Counted from the stretch's first letter, positions 11,811-23,940 are shown. The stretch is DNA of 64,000 nt from Octopus sinensis (GCF_006345805.1 NC_043008.1:34596001-34660000), one strand, 5' to 3'. Notes: generated from the sequence alone by a model not told the origin. Made by a program: numbers and translations.

Positions 11811-12892
11811 GTTGATAAAGAGGAGGATGGTGATGATGGAGATGAAAATTGGGCCTGTAAAAGACGAAGACTGGTGAAGAGATGTGGGAAGAACAAATGG
11901 AGGCTGATGTCAAGATACTAAATATCATAAAAATGATGTCAAATGGCAATCGGTAGAGCTGTAGCAGAACCAATACAGCCCATTATGGAAAATTGATTTA
12001 AAGTGATAATGAGACGTACATTTCTGTATTATGTATATGAGTTTGTCTTTGTCATTTAAGTAAGCATAATAAATATCTAATAATGCATTATAAAATAATT
12101 ATTCTTTGCTTGTTGATGAAATGTTTAATTTACACAAGCTAAATGAGTAATTAAATCAGTCTATATATTGCCTCTTTGATTTCTTTTATAGTTTTCAATG
12201 AGGCTGTTTGTTATTTATAGACATTATCTCAGTATAGTAAGAAATAATCTTACCTCATTTTTAGTTAGATCTTTTCAATGGTTTCCAGAAAGCTTTCTGT
12301 TTTACACACAAAAAGACACATACGCCCACGCACACACACATACATACACATATACACATGAACACATATATATGTATACATAGGTGTGCACATATATATG
12401 TATATGTTAATATATATATATATATATACATATATATATGTGTGTGTGTGTGTGCGTATGTATGTATGTATGTATGTATGTGCATACATACATGCACACA
12501 TACACAAAACCATCTCCAAAAAATTGAAATTGATATTAATATCAACTTTGAGTTCAAATTCTGCCAGGGACAATTTTGCCTTTCATGCTTTCAAGGTCAA
12601 TAAAATAAGTACCAATTGAGCACAAGGGCTGGTGTGACCAACGTAGACCTTCTCCAAAACTGCTGGCCTTGTGCCAAAATTTGAACCCAATATTGATATC
12701 AATCTAAAAGAATCTCGATTTTTAGTTTATTCATTCAATTCGCACATTGCACCTGTACAGGTAATGTCGATGTGATGGAGTGAGCTTATGTCTACACAAA
12801 CATTTGATCAGTATGAACAAATCATGTGTGGTTGTTCACTAAGAAAATTGTCAAACCCTCATACATCGTCTAGCAATGGGAGAATCCATCAT

Positions 12893-12927
<35 letters not shown>

Positions 12928-12938
12928 CATACACACAC

Positions 12939-13166
12939 ACAAAGGGTGCTGATAAGTTCCTCACTTTAAGGGTATCACGAAGGCCTGGCTGGAGGCTCAC
13001 CCTTCCAAGTTCTTTTACAGGGCTTAGAAAAACTGAAGGACCACTGCAATAAGTGTGTGAATCTGAATCTGAAAGGGGAATATTTTGAATAAAATCATAA
13101 TTAAGTGATGCTCCTGTATTTTGTTTTTTTTACCCAAAGCCAGGAACTTGTCAGCTCACCTTCATA
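12939..13166 (+). mobile_element. Mariner-derived MITE (internally deleted)
   Basis: TIRs GGGTGCTGATAAGTTCCTCACTTT / AAAGCCAGGAACTTGTCAGCTCACC; internal GLEKLKDHCNKCVNL..GEYFE* resembles a mariner C-terminus. Confidence 0.8.
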
Positions 13167-13329
13167 CATATATTATATGCAAGTATAGATATGTATTTAT
13201 GTATCTTTGTATGTGTATATATATACACAAACACACACCTATCATCATCCCCATCATTTAACGTCTGTTTTCCATGCTGGCATGGGTTGGACACTTTAAC
13301 TGGAGCTAGTAAGGCCAAGGTATATATAC

Positions 13330-13360
<31 letters not shown>

Positions 13361-13361
<1 letters not shown>

Positions 13362-13669
13362 CACTGTGATCACCATGATCGACCAGGCTATCAGATGTTG
13401 CTACACATTGCTGATCACAATGTGAAGCGCATTGTTTTAGCCTTCAAATGATGCCACCCTGCTGGCTAAGCAAGCAGGCCAACAGAAGAAAGAGTGAGAG
13501 AAAGTTGTGGCAAAAGAGTACAGCAGGGATTGCACCCCCCCCCCCTGCCAGAGCCTCATGGAGCTTTAGGTATTTTCGCTCAATAAACAATCACAATGCC
13601 TGGTCTGGGAATCGAAACCGCAATCCTACGACTGTGAGTCTGCTGCCCTAACCACTGGGCCATTGCACC

Positions 13670-13672
<3 letters not shown>
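13361..13672 (-). mobile_element. SINE family D (tRNA-like head)
   Basis: GGCCCAGTGGTTAGGGCAG...GGTTTCGATTCCCAG; first about 180 bp shared with 62822-62998. Confidence 0.85.
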
Positions 13673-13738
<66 letters not shown>

Positions 13739-13821
13739 ATAGATTATAATATATATATATATATACATATATAGATATATATGTATATATGTATATAGAT
13801 ATATATATAATATGTATATTG

Positions 13822-13853
<32 letters not shown>

Positions 13854-13882
13854 ATATATGTTATATATATATATATATGTAG

Positions 13883-13952
<70 letters not shown>

Positions 13953-13953
13953 G

Positions 13954-13996
<43 letters not shown>

Positions 13997-14056
13997 TAAT
14001 ATATATATGTATATATGTATAATATGTATATATATAATATGTATATATATATATAT

Positions 14057-14136
<80 letters not shown>
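13673..14136. repeat. (CT)n followed by a long degenerate (TA)n
   Basis: Direct reading. Confidence 0.95.
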
Positions 14137-14138
<2 letters not shown>

Positions 14139-14185
14139 TGTAATAAATAAAGTTCGAAAATGCTGCTGTATTATACAATTTTAAT

Positions 14186-14252
14186 TTTTATATATATTAT
14201 AACATGTTTCAGTTCCTGAAATGAACCTTATCAAAAAAAGTTATATATAAAA
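14186..14252 (-). ncRNA. Decayed minimal hammerhead ribozyme in the PLE 3' terminal region
   Basis: Minus strand TTGATAA-GGTTC-atttcag-GAACT-GAAAC-ATGT-T versus consensus CUGAUGA-stem II-GAAA-palindromic stem III-UH; flanks TTTTTATATATA/TATATATAAAAA can pair. Confidence 0.65.
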
Positions 14253-14589
14253 AGAGACAGCTCATGCCGTCAAACACAAGAATTCATTTATAATACACAA
14301 CGGAGTCAGACATCTTAGAGTTCATGTATAGTTGATATATAGTTCATGTATAGTTGATATATAGTTTGAAGTATATGTTCAAAGTGTTCGATGCAGTGGC
14401 CCACGGTGGCGATATGTATTCAATACAAAAAACAGATCAAAGTGGTGGAAGCGGTCAATACAGAAGATTGATGTTTCCGAAAGAGCGAGGAATTCATTTT
14501 TACCTTAAGCAATTGTGATGACCCATGGTGGAAGTTCGCTGGGTGGTTCTAGTGAGTTTTTGTGAAATGCTCGGTTTTATAATGCCTGT

Positions 14590-14950
14590 TAGGTGGTCAA
14601 TCTAGCGTAGCGTGACGTCATCAATGTTTTGACCAATCGTTTCGTTAGGTGGCTTTAATCAAGTGGAACGGGACATCATCATTATTTTGACCAATCACTG
14701 CATTATAACTCCCTCTTGTTTGTTTCCTGTCTTGACCAGTCGCTTCGTTAGTCAAGCATAGCGGGACGTCATCCAGATTCTGCCCAATCACGACTTATAG
14801 CTACATTAGATCTGCCCCCTGTCTGTACTTGTTAGGTGACTATTCAAGCAGAAAAGGACGTCATCAATATTCTGACTAATGACTGTCCCCTGTTTGTATC
14901 CTGTCCATTCTAGCAGAGCTAGACGTCATCACTTGTTGACCAATCAGAAT
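14590..14950. promoter_or_regulatory. Five GACGTCA-N11/12-CCAAT modules in the PLE 3' region
   Basis: CRE-like starts at 14614, 14672, 14765, 14857, 14922; CCAAT-like starts at 14633, 14691, 14784, 14876, 14940. Function is inferred. Confidence 0.6.
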
Positions 14951-16066
14951 CGGGTCTGACCCTTAGCTGTATTGTATGTATCAGGGTCAGATTTGCACGA
15001 AAGAATTTTTTTTCTTTTTTACTAAGGCATATTTCCGTCAGAGTGAGTGTCTGTTTGAAGTAGCGGCCGTGGTGAAATTTGGTTCTCCTTTTCGGGGACT
15101 TATCTTTTGTTTTAGTATTCCTGGCCCAGGGTGTTTAAACTTGGTCTAAATTTTTTTATGAAATATAGTTCTTTATTTTGGCGTTGTGTGAAGGTTGCGT
15201 TGTCACTGAATTTATAGAGCGGGTTAGTTGTAAATTTCGGATTTACATTTCCAGCACATCATCTATGTGTCCGCTGACCGGTATTTTGCGGTAATCAGGG
15301 TTTCTAATTTGTGATTTATGCACCGCCATCGTTACGTAAGCTATTTTTTGTATGGCCTATATACTGCCTATTGCAGCCTGCGCATGTTATGGCGTAAATA
15401 AGTTTTCTGATGCGCAGGTGAAGTTTGTTCTAATGGTGAACTGGTGGCCTTGTTCCAGTATAAATTTTGATCCTTCTTTCAAGATGACACAGATTCCGCA
15501 GTTGGGCCTTCCACATTTTCTAACTGCTGGTTTTGTGGTTGATGTTGAGTGCAGTGTAGCTTGGGTTAAAATCCTTTTCAAGGATTTTGGTTGCCGTTTA
15601 CTTTAATGATGGTGTGTGTTTCGAGGATCCGGTTCATCTTTGGGTCTCCCTTTAGTAGGGCTGTGCTTTGTAGTATGGTGTTGAAGGCCTCATTGTTGAG
15701 TGGGTTGTGTGTAGAGATGTAGGGAAGGTTTTTTAATTGTTCTTTCTTTTTTGGTTTTGTTTGTCTCAGGTCTTCTATACTTAATTTAAGTACCCGTTGG
15801 ATTGCACTGTCTATTAGGGGCTGTGGATAGTTTCTATTTGTGAGTGTGGTTCTAAGTTCCTGGAGACGTGTGTGTCGGGTGTTTGTGTCTGATATTATGG
15901 TGCAAATCCTTCTAGCTAAACAAAAAGGGACATTCATTCTAGTGTGTCGTGGGTGGCATGAATCAAAGGGTAGGTACTGTTTAGAGTATATATATATATA
16001 TACATACATATTTACATTTCATTATATATATATATATATATATATATACATACATATTTACATTTC

Positions 16067-16107
<41 letters not shown>

Positions 16108-16109
<2 letters not shown>

Positions 16110-16515
16110 TCTCTTTCCCTCTTTTACTCTCTTTTACTTGTTTCAGTCATTTGACTGCGGCCATGCTGGAGCACCGTCTTTAATCGAGCAACTCAACCCC
16201 GGGACTTATTCTTTTGTAAGCCCAGTACTTATTCTATCGGTCTCTTTTGCCGAACCGCTAAGTGACGGGGACATAAACACACCAGCATCGGTTGTCAAGC
16301 AATGCTAGGGGGACAAACACAGACACACAAACACACACACACACATATATATATATACGACAGGCTTCTTTCAATTTCCGTCTACCAAATCCACTCACAA
16401 GGCTTTGGTCGGCCCGAGACTATAGTAGAAGACACTTGCCCAAGGTGCCACCCAGTGGGACTGAACCCGGAACCATGTGGTTGGTAAACAAGCTACTTAC
16501 CACACACCCACTCCT
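16108..16515 (-). mobile_element. SINE family A, CpG-rich young copy
   Basis: Full-length similarity to other family A copies. Confidence 0.9.
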
Positions 16516-17285
16516 ATATATATATATATATATATATAATGAAATGTAAATATAAGATCCAAGGATCCAGATGTAAGGAGTTGGTAAGCTTCAAGCAGTT
16601 CATAGAAGGTATAAAAGACATCTTTCAGTAGCAATAATAATTTGTTGGCGTTGAAGGTTGTACGTTTTCCCCATATCAAAGTTTGATAAGCTGAAAAATG
16701 CTATTTCAAAGTTCACAGTTAGCAACTAGGGTTGCTATGTATGTGAAAAAATAAAAAATAAAAATCCAAATTGAGGGGATGGGGCAGATAAAATCCAGAC
16801 TACATATGTTTCCAAGTTTGTAGAACCTCAGAAGTAATAATTACTCAATGAAGGGTACTCCAGCTACTCATCAAGCTGAAGCTACCTTAACTAAATGAAG
16901 GTTACACTGTTATCAAGGGATCCCAAGTTAACTTGCAGGAAATTTGATCGAAAAATTTTTTTTAAATATGTATTTGTGTGTGTATGGGTGCGTACTTGTA
17001 TACCCACACTGTGACAATTGACAACATGGCTGTATTTTAAAATAAATGACAAAACTGGTATTTAACAAATGCATCAACATAACAAGCATTACGTGTATTT
17101 GATAAACACTTGTTACAACACACCATATGTTGCCAGTTAAGGAGCTGATCAAAATTCATTGAGCAACAGTAATGTTTTGTCAATAATCAACGTAGCATGT
17201 ATTCCATATACATCTACTATACATATCATTATATGAACTATATATACAGATATATATGAATATACATATACTAATACATGTATTA

Positions 17286-17851
17286 TTGGGTTGTCTGGAA
17301 AGTTCTTACTGATTTTTAAAGGAAAGAAAAAGGTCAATAAATACTTGCCATTACATTTTTAATCAACCAAATATGAACCGTTCTGTTGCACAATGCATCT
17401 CCATCTTTCCTTTAACTTCAAAATATCCTCTTCCCAGAATTGAGGTGGTTTCATGGCAAAGAATTCATTAAGGTATCTTTTTACGTCATCCAAGGAATTG
17501 AAATTTCTACCATTAAGACTATTCTGCAGAGACCTGAATAAGTGGAAATCTGAAAGAGCAATATCTGGTGAATATGGAGAGTGGGGTAACACATCCCAGC
17601 CAAGCTACAGCAATTTTTGTCTGGTTCCCAAAACATCAAGTGCCGAAAAGGAACTTTCTTATCTTCCATTTTAAAGGGTTACAGAATTAACACAGGTTAT
17701 AAGAACATAAACCCTCTTCCAAGAAAAGATAGCTTAAACTGTGTTCTAAATGGAGGTGTAGACAAATCCTATTTTAAGGATTCAACCATGTTTTAAAATA
17801 AGTCGAAAGGTAAGCTACTATAAATCAGCATGAACTTTCCAGACAACCCAA
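17286..17851 (-). mobile_element. Internally deleted mariner element with both TIRs
   Basis: TIRs TTGGGTTGTCTGGAAAGTTC at both ends, TA on the left flank; HSPYSPDIALSDFHLFRSLQNSLNG...KLKERWRCIVQQNGSYLVD*. Confidence 0.92.
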
Positions 17852-18994
17852 AACAATATACAAATTTTATTCAATATTTAGGTACAGATATGGTTGTGTG
17901 GTAAGAAGCTTGCTTCCTAACCACATGATTCTATGTTCAGTTTTACTGGGTGTCACTGGAAGTAAGTATCTTCTACTATAGCAGAACCATTGGATGTCTT
18001 TCTCAATTGTACCTCACAGATAGTAATCTATGAGATTACAATCAGGAGAATTAGGAGGCCAGAAATTAGGGTAGGTGGTAGAAATTCTCTCACAACCACT
18101 TCTGACTGTTTCCAAGGACCCAAATCCTGCTGTCACACATATGACCTTCCAAAAGCAAGCCTCTCCAGCCATTGATAGACCACAGTCTCCAGTAGCTTTA
18201 CATAGCTATCTGAATTGAATCTAAGTCCCAGTTCTAAGAAGTTGGGATGAATTTCAGTTTGATGTATTTATGAACAGTCATTTCTTCAATACTATTGACT
18301 GTTCACCACTGCATCAAGCAATTCCTGAAAAAAGGTGACATAAAAATCATCAAATTTAGCCGAAACACTATGTAAGTATGTGTGGGTGGGAGGATGCATG
18401 CATGTATGTCTGTATGCATAAAGACATACATGAGTTTCTTATAGAAAATAAGCATCACTATATTTTTATGAATAAACTTTACTATTGAACAAGTTGAGTT
18501 TTGCTCGTCTGTCTCTGTATACCAATTACTACAGAATGAACACACAGACACAGTATCGACAAGCTACTACCACCAATATCGTCATTCCAACCAGACTGTG
18601 AACACTCCATTGGGCTATGAACACTACACATTAGCTATTAAGATAGTAAACTCACCATACTAGTGACCCCTTCACTAGACTGGTAACACATTGACTAAAG
18701 TGATGACCCTGACTGTTTAACTCAAACACTTAATACCTTGTGATGTGTTTTTTCTACTACTTTATGTGTGATTTACCATCAACAAATAAATTGTTATGTT
18801 TATAAAGGAAAAGATGTTGTCTTCTGATATTTATCTTAACATTCATGTAAAACATACTTTCATACATTACTGGAAGCCTCCTTATATACACATTATCCTA
18901 GCCCATGTGGTATCATCTTTCTGTTTTCTGACCTGTCACATTGGTGACTTTCCTGTCTATGTTACAACGGTGTATCAATAACTTCCATTTTTTT

Positions 18995-19095
18995 TTTAAA
19001 GAATTAACTGATTAACGGTTATCAAAGTTAACTTTTTGGTTAACAGATTAATGGTTAACGAAGTTAACTTTTCAATTAACGGTGCCCACCTTTAG
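18995..19095. mobile_element. Probable DNA-transposon end with a (G)TTAAC subterminal array
   Basis: Seven TTAAC/GTTAAC motifs in about 80 bp, ending in GGTGCCCACCTTTAG. Confidence 0.4.
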
Positions 19096-19387
19096 GTTCA
19101 TGCATGGCTGGGTGATAAGAAGGTTGCTTCCCAACTGCATGGTCCTGGGTTCAGTTCCACTGCATGGCACCTTCTTTTACTATTGCCTCAGGTTGATCAA
19201 AGCCTTGTGAGTGGATTTGATAAACAGAAACTGAAAGAAGCCCGTCTCATATATATATATATATATATTCTTTTTCTTTTTTATTTTATCGCTCTCTTTT
19301 GCCGAACCACTAAGTTACAGGGACGTAAACACACCAACATCGGTTGTCAAGCGATGGAGGGGGACACACAGACACACAAATATATAC

Positions 19388-19431
<44 letters not shown>

Positions 19432-19580
19432 GACTGGCTTCTTTCAATTTCTATCTACCAAATCCACTGACAAGGCTTTGTTCAGCCTAACGCTATAGTA
19501 GAAGACACTTGCCCAAGGTGCCATGCAGTGGGACTGAACCTGGAATCATGTGGTTGGTTAGCAAGTTACTTATTACACAC
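19095..19580. mobile_element. Inverted SINE family A pair: plus head 19095-19250, minus copy 19268-19580
   Basis: Similarity to family A in opposite orientations. Confidence 0.8.
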
Positions 19581-19864
19581 CCTATGTATATATATATATA
19601 TATACATACACAAGAACCTCGAACTCACAAGAGTAAACAAGAGAGACAGAGAAGGCAGAAACAAGGAAAATGCCACTTGTATTTGAACACTATACAATCA
19701 TTCTTTTAAAAAAACTTTTTTAATATTTCTAAATTTAATTGTTTTCCAAACTTAAAGTTGAAAAAGTCTCAATGACTGAAACTGGTACTGAAATGTTTTT
19801 TATAAAATTATTTTAGCATTTTCTATCTTGACTTTTTTTTCCACTTTTCCACATATATATATAT

Positions 19865-20726
19865 ATAAATGACCAGTGACCGAGACCTTTGGAAGTATGC
19901 TGTGCGTGAGAAAACCCGGCAAGACCAGTGAGAACAGTCAAAATCAAAATCAAACCAAATTGAGGTCAATCAACATCAGGGCCACCGTGCAGGTGACACG
20001 TAAAAGCACCATCCGTTCATAGCCGTTTGCCAGCCCTGTCTGGCCCCCGTGTCGGTGGCATGTAAAAGCACCAGCCGTTTGTGTTCGTTGCCAGCCTGGC
20101 CTGGCGCCCGTGCCGGTGACACGTAAAAGCACCATCCGTTTGTGGCCGTTTCCCAGCTCTGTCTGGCCCCCGTGCCGGTGACACGTAAAAGCACCATCCG
20201 TTCGTGGGAATTTGCCAGCCCTGTCTGGCCCCCATGTCGGTGACATGTAAAAGCACCATCCGTTCGTGTCCGTTGCCAGCCTCGCCTGGCCCCCGTGCCG
20301 GTGACACGTAAAAGCACCATCCGTTTGTGGCCGTTTGCCAGCCCTGTCTGGCCCCCGTGTCGGTGGCATGTAAAAGCACCATCCATTCGTGTCCGTTGCC
20401 AGCCTCGCCTGGCCCCCGTGCCGGTGACACGTAAAAGCACCATCCGTTTCGTGGCCGTTTGCCAGCTCTGACTGGCCCCCGTGTTGGTGGCACGTAAAAG
20501 CACCATCCGTTCGTGGCCGTTTGCCAGCTCTGTCTGGCACCTGTGCGGGTGGCACGTAAAAAGCACCCACTACACTCACGGAGTGGTTGGCGTTAGGAAG
20601 GGCATCCAGCCATAGAAACACTGCCAGATCTGACTGGGCTTGATGAAGCCTTCCAGCTTCACAGACCCCAGTTGAACCGTCCAACCCATGCTAGCATGGA
20701 GAACGGACGCTAAATGATGATGATGA

Positions 20727-20730
<4 letters not shown>
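19865..20730 (+). mobile_element. RTE 3' end / tail element with an internal minisatellite
   Basis: GACCGAGACCTTTGG-A-TATGCTGTG..GAGAA (RTE ORF-end-like), tail GGTTGGCGTTAGGAAGGGCATCCAG...GCATGGA-AACGGACG-TAAATGATGAT. Confidence 0.8.
19982..20560 (+). repeat. GC-rich 61-62 bp minisatellite, about 10 units, with an A/B higher-order pattern
   Basis: GTAAAAGCACC recurs every 61-63 bp; variant A (GTGGCCGTTTGCCAGCCCTGTCTGG) and variant B (GTGTCCGTTGCCAGCCTCGCCTGG) are interleaved. Confidence 0.95.
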
Positions 20731-20772
<42 letters not shown>

Positions 20773-20849
20773 GTGTGTGTGTATTTGTCTCTGTTTTTAT
20801 CTAGTGGCCATACCCTTTGCACTAAATATGTCAATATGTCACATATCAC

Positions 20850-20915
20850 CTGCCACGCGACATATACACTTCCAAATTTAGACATGTCTTCACTCAATAT
20901 AATTTTGCAGTCTAA
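20850..20915 (-). other. Candidate 66-nt coding exon (phase 0-0: LDCKIILSEDMSKFGSVYVAWQ)
   Basis: tttcttgccacag|...GTGGCAG|gtgata; open frame in non-repeat sequence; protein not recognised. Confidence 0.3.
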
Positions 20916-21194
20916 CTGTGGCAAGAAACTTTAGACATGCAATGTCATCTAAAAACATTATTATGTGATGCAATGTCACTGTCTTTCCAGCTGAATTTAG
21001 CTGCACTTCTTAAATAAAAAAGCCACAAGTATTTGGTAGAGTTTTTTTTTTCCTGTAAATAAAAGCACTTCTACTAACCTAATTAGCTGTTGCCATCCTG
21101 TTACAGAGTACTCTGTCAATCTATATCATATTAGAATGTAAGAGAAATCGTTTTGTTGCACCATGTCTTTCTGCATATGAGTATTTCAAATATA

Positions 21195-21745
21195 TTGGTG
21201 CATGGCTGTGTGATAAGAATTTGACTCCCAACCATATGGTTTCAGGTTCAGCTCCATGCATGGTACCACAAGCAAATGTCTTCTCCTTTAAATCTGGGCC
21301 AACTGAAGGCTTGAATGGATCTGGTAGAAGGAAACTGAAAGAAGCCCAGTGTGTGTGTGTGTGCATGCATGTGCACATATGTGTTCTTGTCTTGACATTG
21401 CGTGTTAGCTGTAAAATGACGGTCACTGTCATACAAATAGTGTCGTTCATTTCTAGTATTCTGCAAAATCATATTTGAACGTGAAGAAATATTACTTTGC
21501 TTGGAAATAGACGAGGGTTGGCAACAGCAAAAGCATCCAGCCATAGAAAATTTGCCTCAATAAATCTATCTGACCCATGCAAGCATGGACATTGAAAACT
21601 GATGATGGTGATGATGATGATGATGATGAGGAGGAGGAGGAGGAGGAGGAGGAGGAGGAAGACGATGATGATGATGATGGTGGTGATGATGGTGATGATG
21701 ATGATGGTGGTGGTGATGATGATGATGATGATGATGATTGTTATA
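21195..21745 (+). mobile_element. SINE with family A head, RTE-tail body and an expanded GAT/GAG/GGT tail
   Basis: Same structure as 11432-11810. Confidence 0.75.
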
Positions 21746-22274
21746 ACAACTCACTAGAATATGATTAAGAACTTTTGTATTGTGGCATTCCGTTTTATAC
21801 GGTGTCTTGCTAAATTGCATCATGATAATATGTTATTCCTTGCACAATGAAATAGTAATTGTATTTTTTTTTGTTCTGTTTATTCTGTCATGCATCATCT
21901 TCTTACTGAAGTTTGTATAAACTTAATCTTTATCAACTATTTACTTAATTGATTTTGTTGGAAGTATTCATCTTTATTGTTCGGCATCTTTGTGTCATTA
22001 AATTTATTTTATCTGAAGTTATTTATACAAGTTATAATACAACATAATCTCTGTATAGAGTCAGCTCTACATTGTCTGTTCCTGTTTAGTCTAACATCCT
22101 CACATCCTAACAAAACATTCATCTTTATCTATCTCACAGTTAGTAGAACATTTCCAATACACCATCAATATCTTACAAAGTTTTTTTTTTTTTTTTTGAA
22201 GAATTATAGCACTTTTCTGCTTCTTTATGATAACGATTTAATTGAATGTTATTCATTTAACCCTTTCTCATCTA

Positions 22275-22430
22275 CTAATTAGCAAAGGGTCAGCAATTTT
22301 GGGGTGCTTAATTGGTACTCATTTTATTGACCCTGTCAGGAGGAAAGGCAAAGTTGACCTTGGTGGAATTTGAACTTAGAATGTAGGGTATCAGAAGAAA
22401 TGCTGCTAATTATTTTGCACCAATGACCTA
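22275..22430 (-). mobile_element. SINE family B fragment
   Basis: Reverse complement of GAGTTCAAATTCC-CC-AGGT-GACTTTGCCTTTCATCC...GATAAAATAAGTACCA. Other fragments near 5685-5770, 12545-12695, 24000-24200, 24250-24400, 24495-24660, 37605-37765. Confidence 0.75.
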
Positions 22431-22701
22431 ACAAAGTCATTGCTTTCATCTGTTTTTAAATAATAAGGGACTAATTGAACGGCTTTGCACTTTTTCTTTT
22501 TTTACAAATAATGCTTATCTGAATGTTTTTATTGATTTGTTTCCTTCAGTCTCTTAACAATACAGAGTTAACTAGAAATACTTATTTAAACCGTTATTGT
22601 CAAAAAAGAAAAAAAAGGAGTAAAGCTTTTATATTTCATTGAAAACTTTGTTGGAAACAATGATAAGTTGAAATTATGTTAAAATAGTTATTTATTGCTA
22701 A

Positions 22702-22945
22702 ATGCTTACTATTGCTAACTTCATGTCTACTCTTGGTATTTGCATTCTTACTATTGCTAACTACATGCCTACTATTGCTAACAGCATGTCTACTATTGGC
22801 ATTTACATGCTTACTATTGCTAACTACATGCCTACTATTGCTAACAACATGTCTACTATTGGCAACAAGTCCGCTATTGGTAGCTACATAATACTATTGG
22901 TAACTAATTGGCCACTATGTCTACTACTAGCAATGTGTCTACTGT
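22702..22945 (+). repeat. 21-bp minisatellite with a 63-bp (3x21) higher-order repeat
   Basis: Unit CTACTATTGCTAACTACATGC; three variants recur in the same order. Confidence 0.9.
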
Positions 22946-23209
22946 TTGAACATATTAAAAACACATTAACACTACTACTGCAGCAGAATGCACAAGCCTT
23001 TATGTGGTTGTGCAATCTATTAGAAATAGTAACTAAATTACCTGCAAACCACAACCTACTATTTAAAAAAAATGAAGGGTAAATGGGATAAAATCATCCT
23101 GCATACATTTTCCAAAAATAAGGTGGATGATCATAGCTGGAATACATTGATCTGGCTGTGTACCAAAATTTGAAACTGTTATTATTATTATTATCATTAT
23201 GAAAAGTTG

Positions 23210-23590
23210 TTCTTCAGTAGATTCACGTCAGTTTCTACTGCAACACTTGGTAAGCCTCTATGTCGACAGGGTATGCTACATTGTGTTCTTATTTTTGTGA
23301 GAATTGTGGGAGTGTAGAATCCTCCTGTTGGAATACTGCATCACTTTGTTTTATTGTGGAGTTTAGTTTCTTGTTTCTTGTTATATTAGTCTATGTTCTG
23401 CTATGTATGGAGTGTATAAGGTGAGTTGTGTTATTTTATTGGGTCTTAATCTTGTATAGTTATTCTATGTTGCATGAGATGTGTTGTTTTAGATTATTAG
23501 GTACTTGTAGTACAGAGTGTGTAACCTGTATGAAGATTGCTCTATTTGAGCTATTCTATTGAATTGTGAGCTATTATAACAAATTGGCTG
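23210..23590 (-). mobile_element. Very old LINE fragment, possibly AP-endonuclease region
   Basis: A/C-rich minus strand; TGGFYTP resembles GDFN(T/A)P. Weak. Confidence 0.3.
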
Positions 23591-23940
23591 TTCCTAAAAA
23601 GGCTAAAGACCCCCTTTAGTCATAAATGACCATGGGATTGTACCTAGAAAGTTCCCCTCCAAGGCACAAATCAGGGCAAGGTTGTTTATGGAAGACCTGC
23701 AGTCTCCCATGCATACCAGCCTCCCCTCTTCACACCACCAGTGTTATCCAAGGGAAAGGCAAAGGCTGATACAGCTTGGCACCAGTGACATTGCAATTCA
23801 TTTCTACAGCTGAGTGAACTGGGGCAATGTGAAATAAAATGTCTTGCTCAAGAACACAACACACAGCCCGGTTCAGGAATCAAACTCATAACCTCATGCT
23901 TGTGAGCCCAATGCTCTCACCAACTGAGCTATGCATTATC
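23590..23940 (-). mobile_element. SINE family C (tRNA-like head)
   Basis: TAGCTCAGTTGG A box, GTTTGATTCC B box, TGTGTTCTTGAGCAAGACA body; related copies at 32395-32670, 38440-38600, 62289-62560. Confidence 0.8.

Larger units (their letters stand above)
14137..15988 (-). mobile_element. 5'-truncated Penelope-like element (Neptune-like RT thumb and GIY-YIG endonuclease), flanked by (TA)n on both sides
   Basis: [27 protein letters not shown] (PLE RT thumb); CGRPNCGIC...TCASENL-IYAITCAGCNRQYIGHT (zinc-binding linker and GIY-YIG, one frameshift); KELYFIKKFRPSLN, stop at 15112-15114. Clade assignment is by motif recall. Confidence 0.9.

Noticed and set aside
19982-20560. CRISPR-like regular array
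   Set aside because: No unique spacers, units are wholly repeated, no cas genes, eukaryotic context
19950-20684. 244-aa, 196-aa and 158-aa overlapping ORFs with a 41-aa periodicity
   Set aside because: Explained by the 123-bp minisatellite dimer inside a LINE tail; antisense to the element and no coding signal
23870-23940. tRNA gene
   Set aside because: A and B boxes are present but I could not fold a full cloverleaf and it continues into a SINE body; the same holds for the other SINE heads
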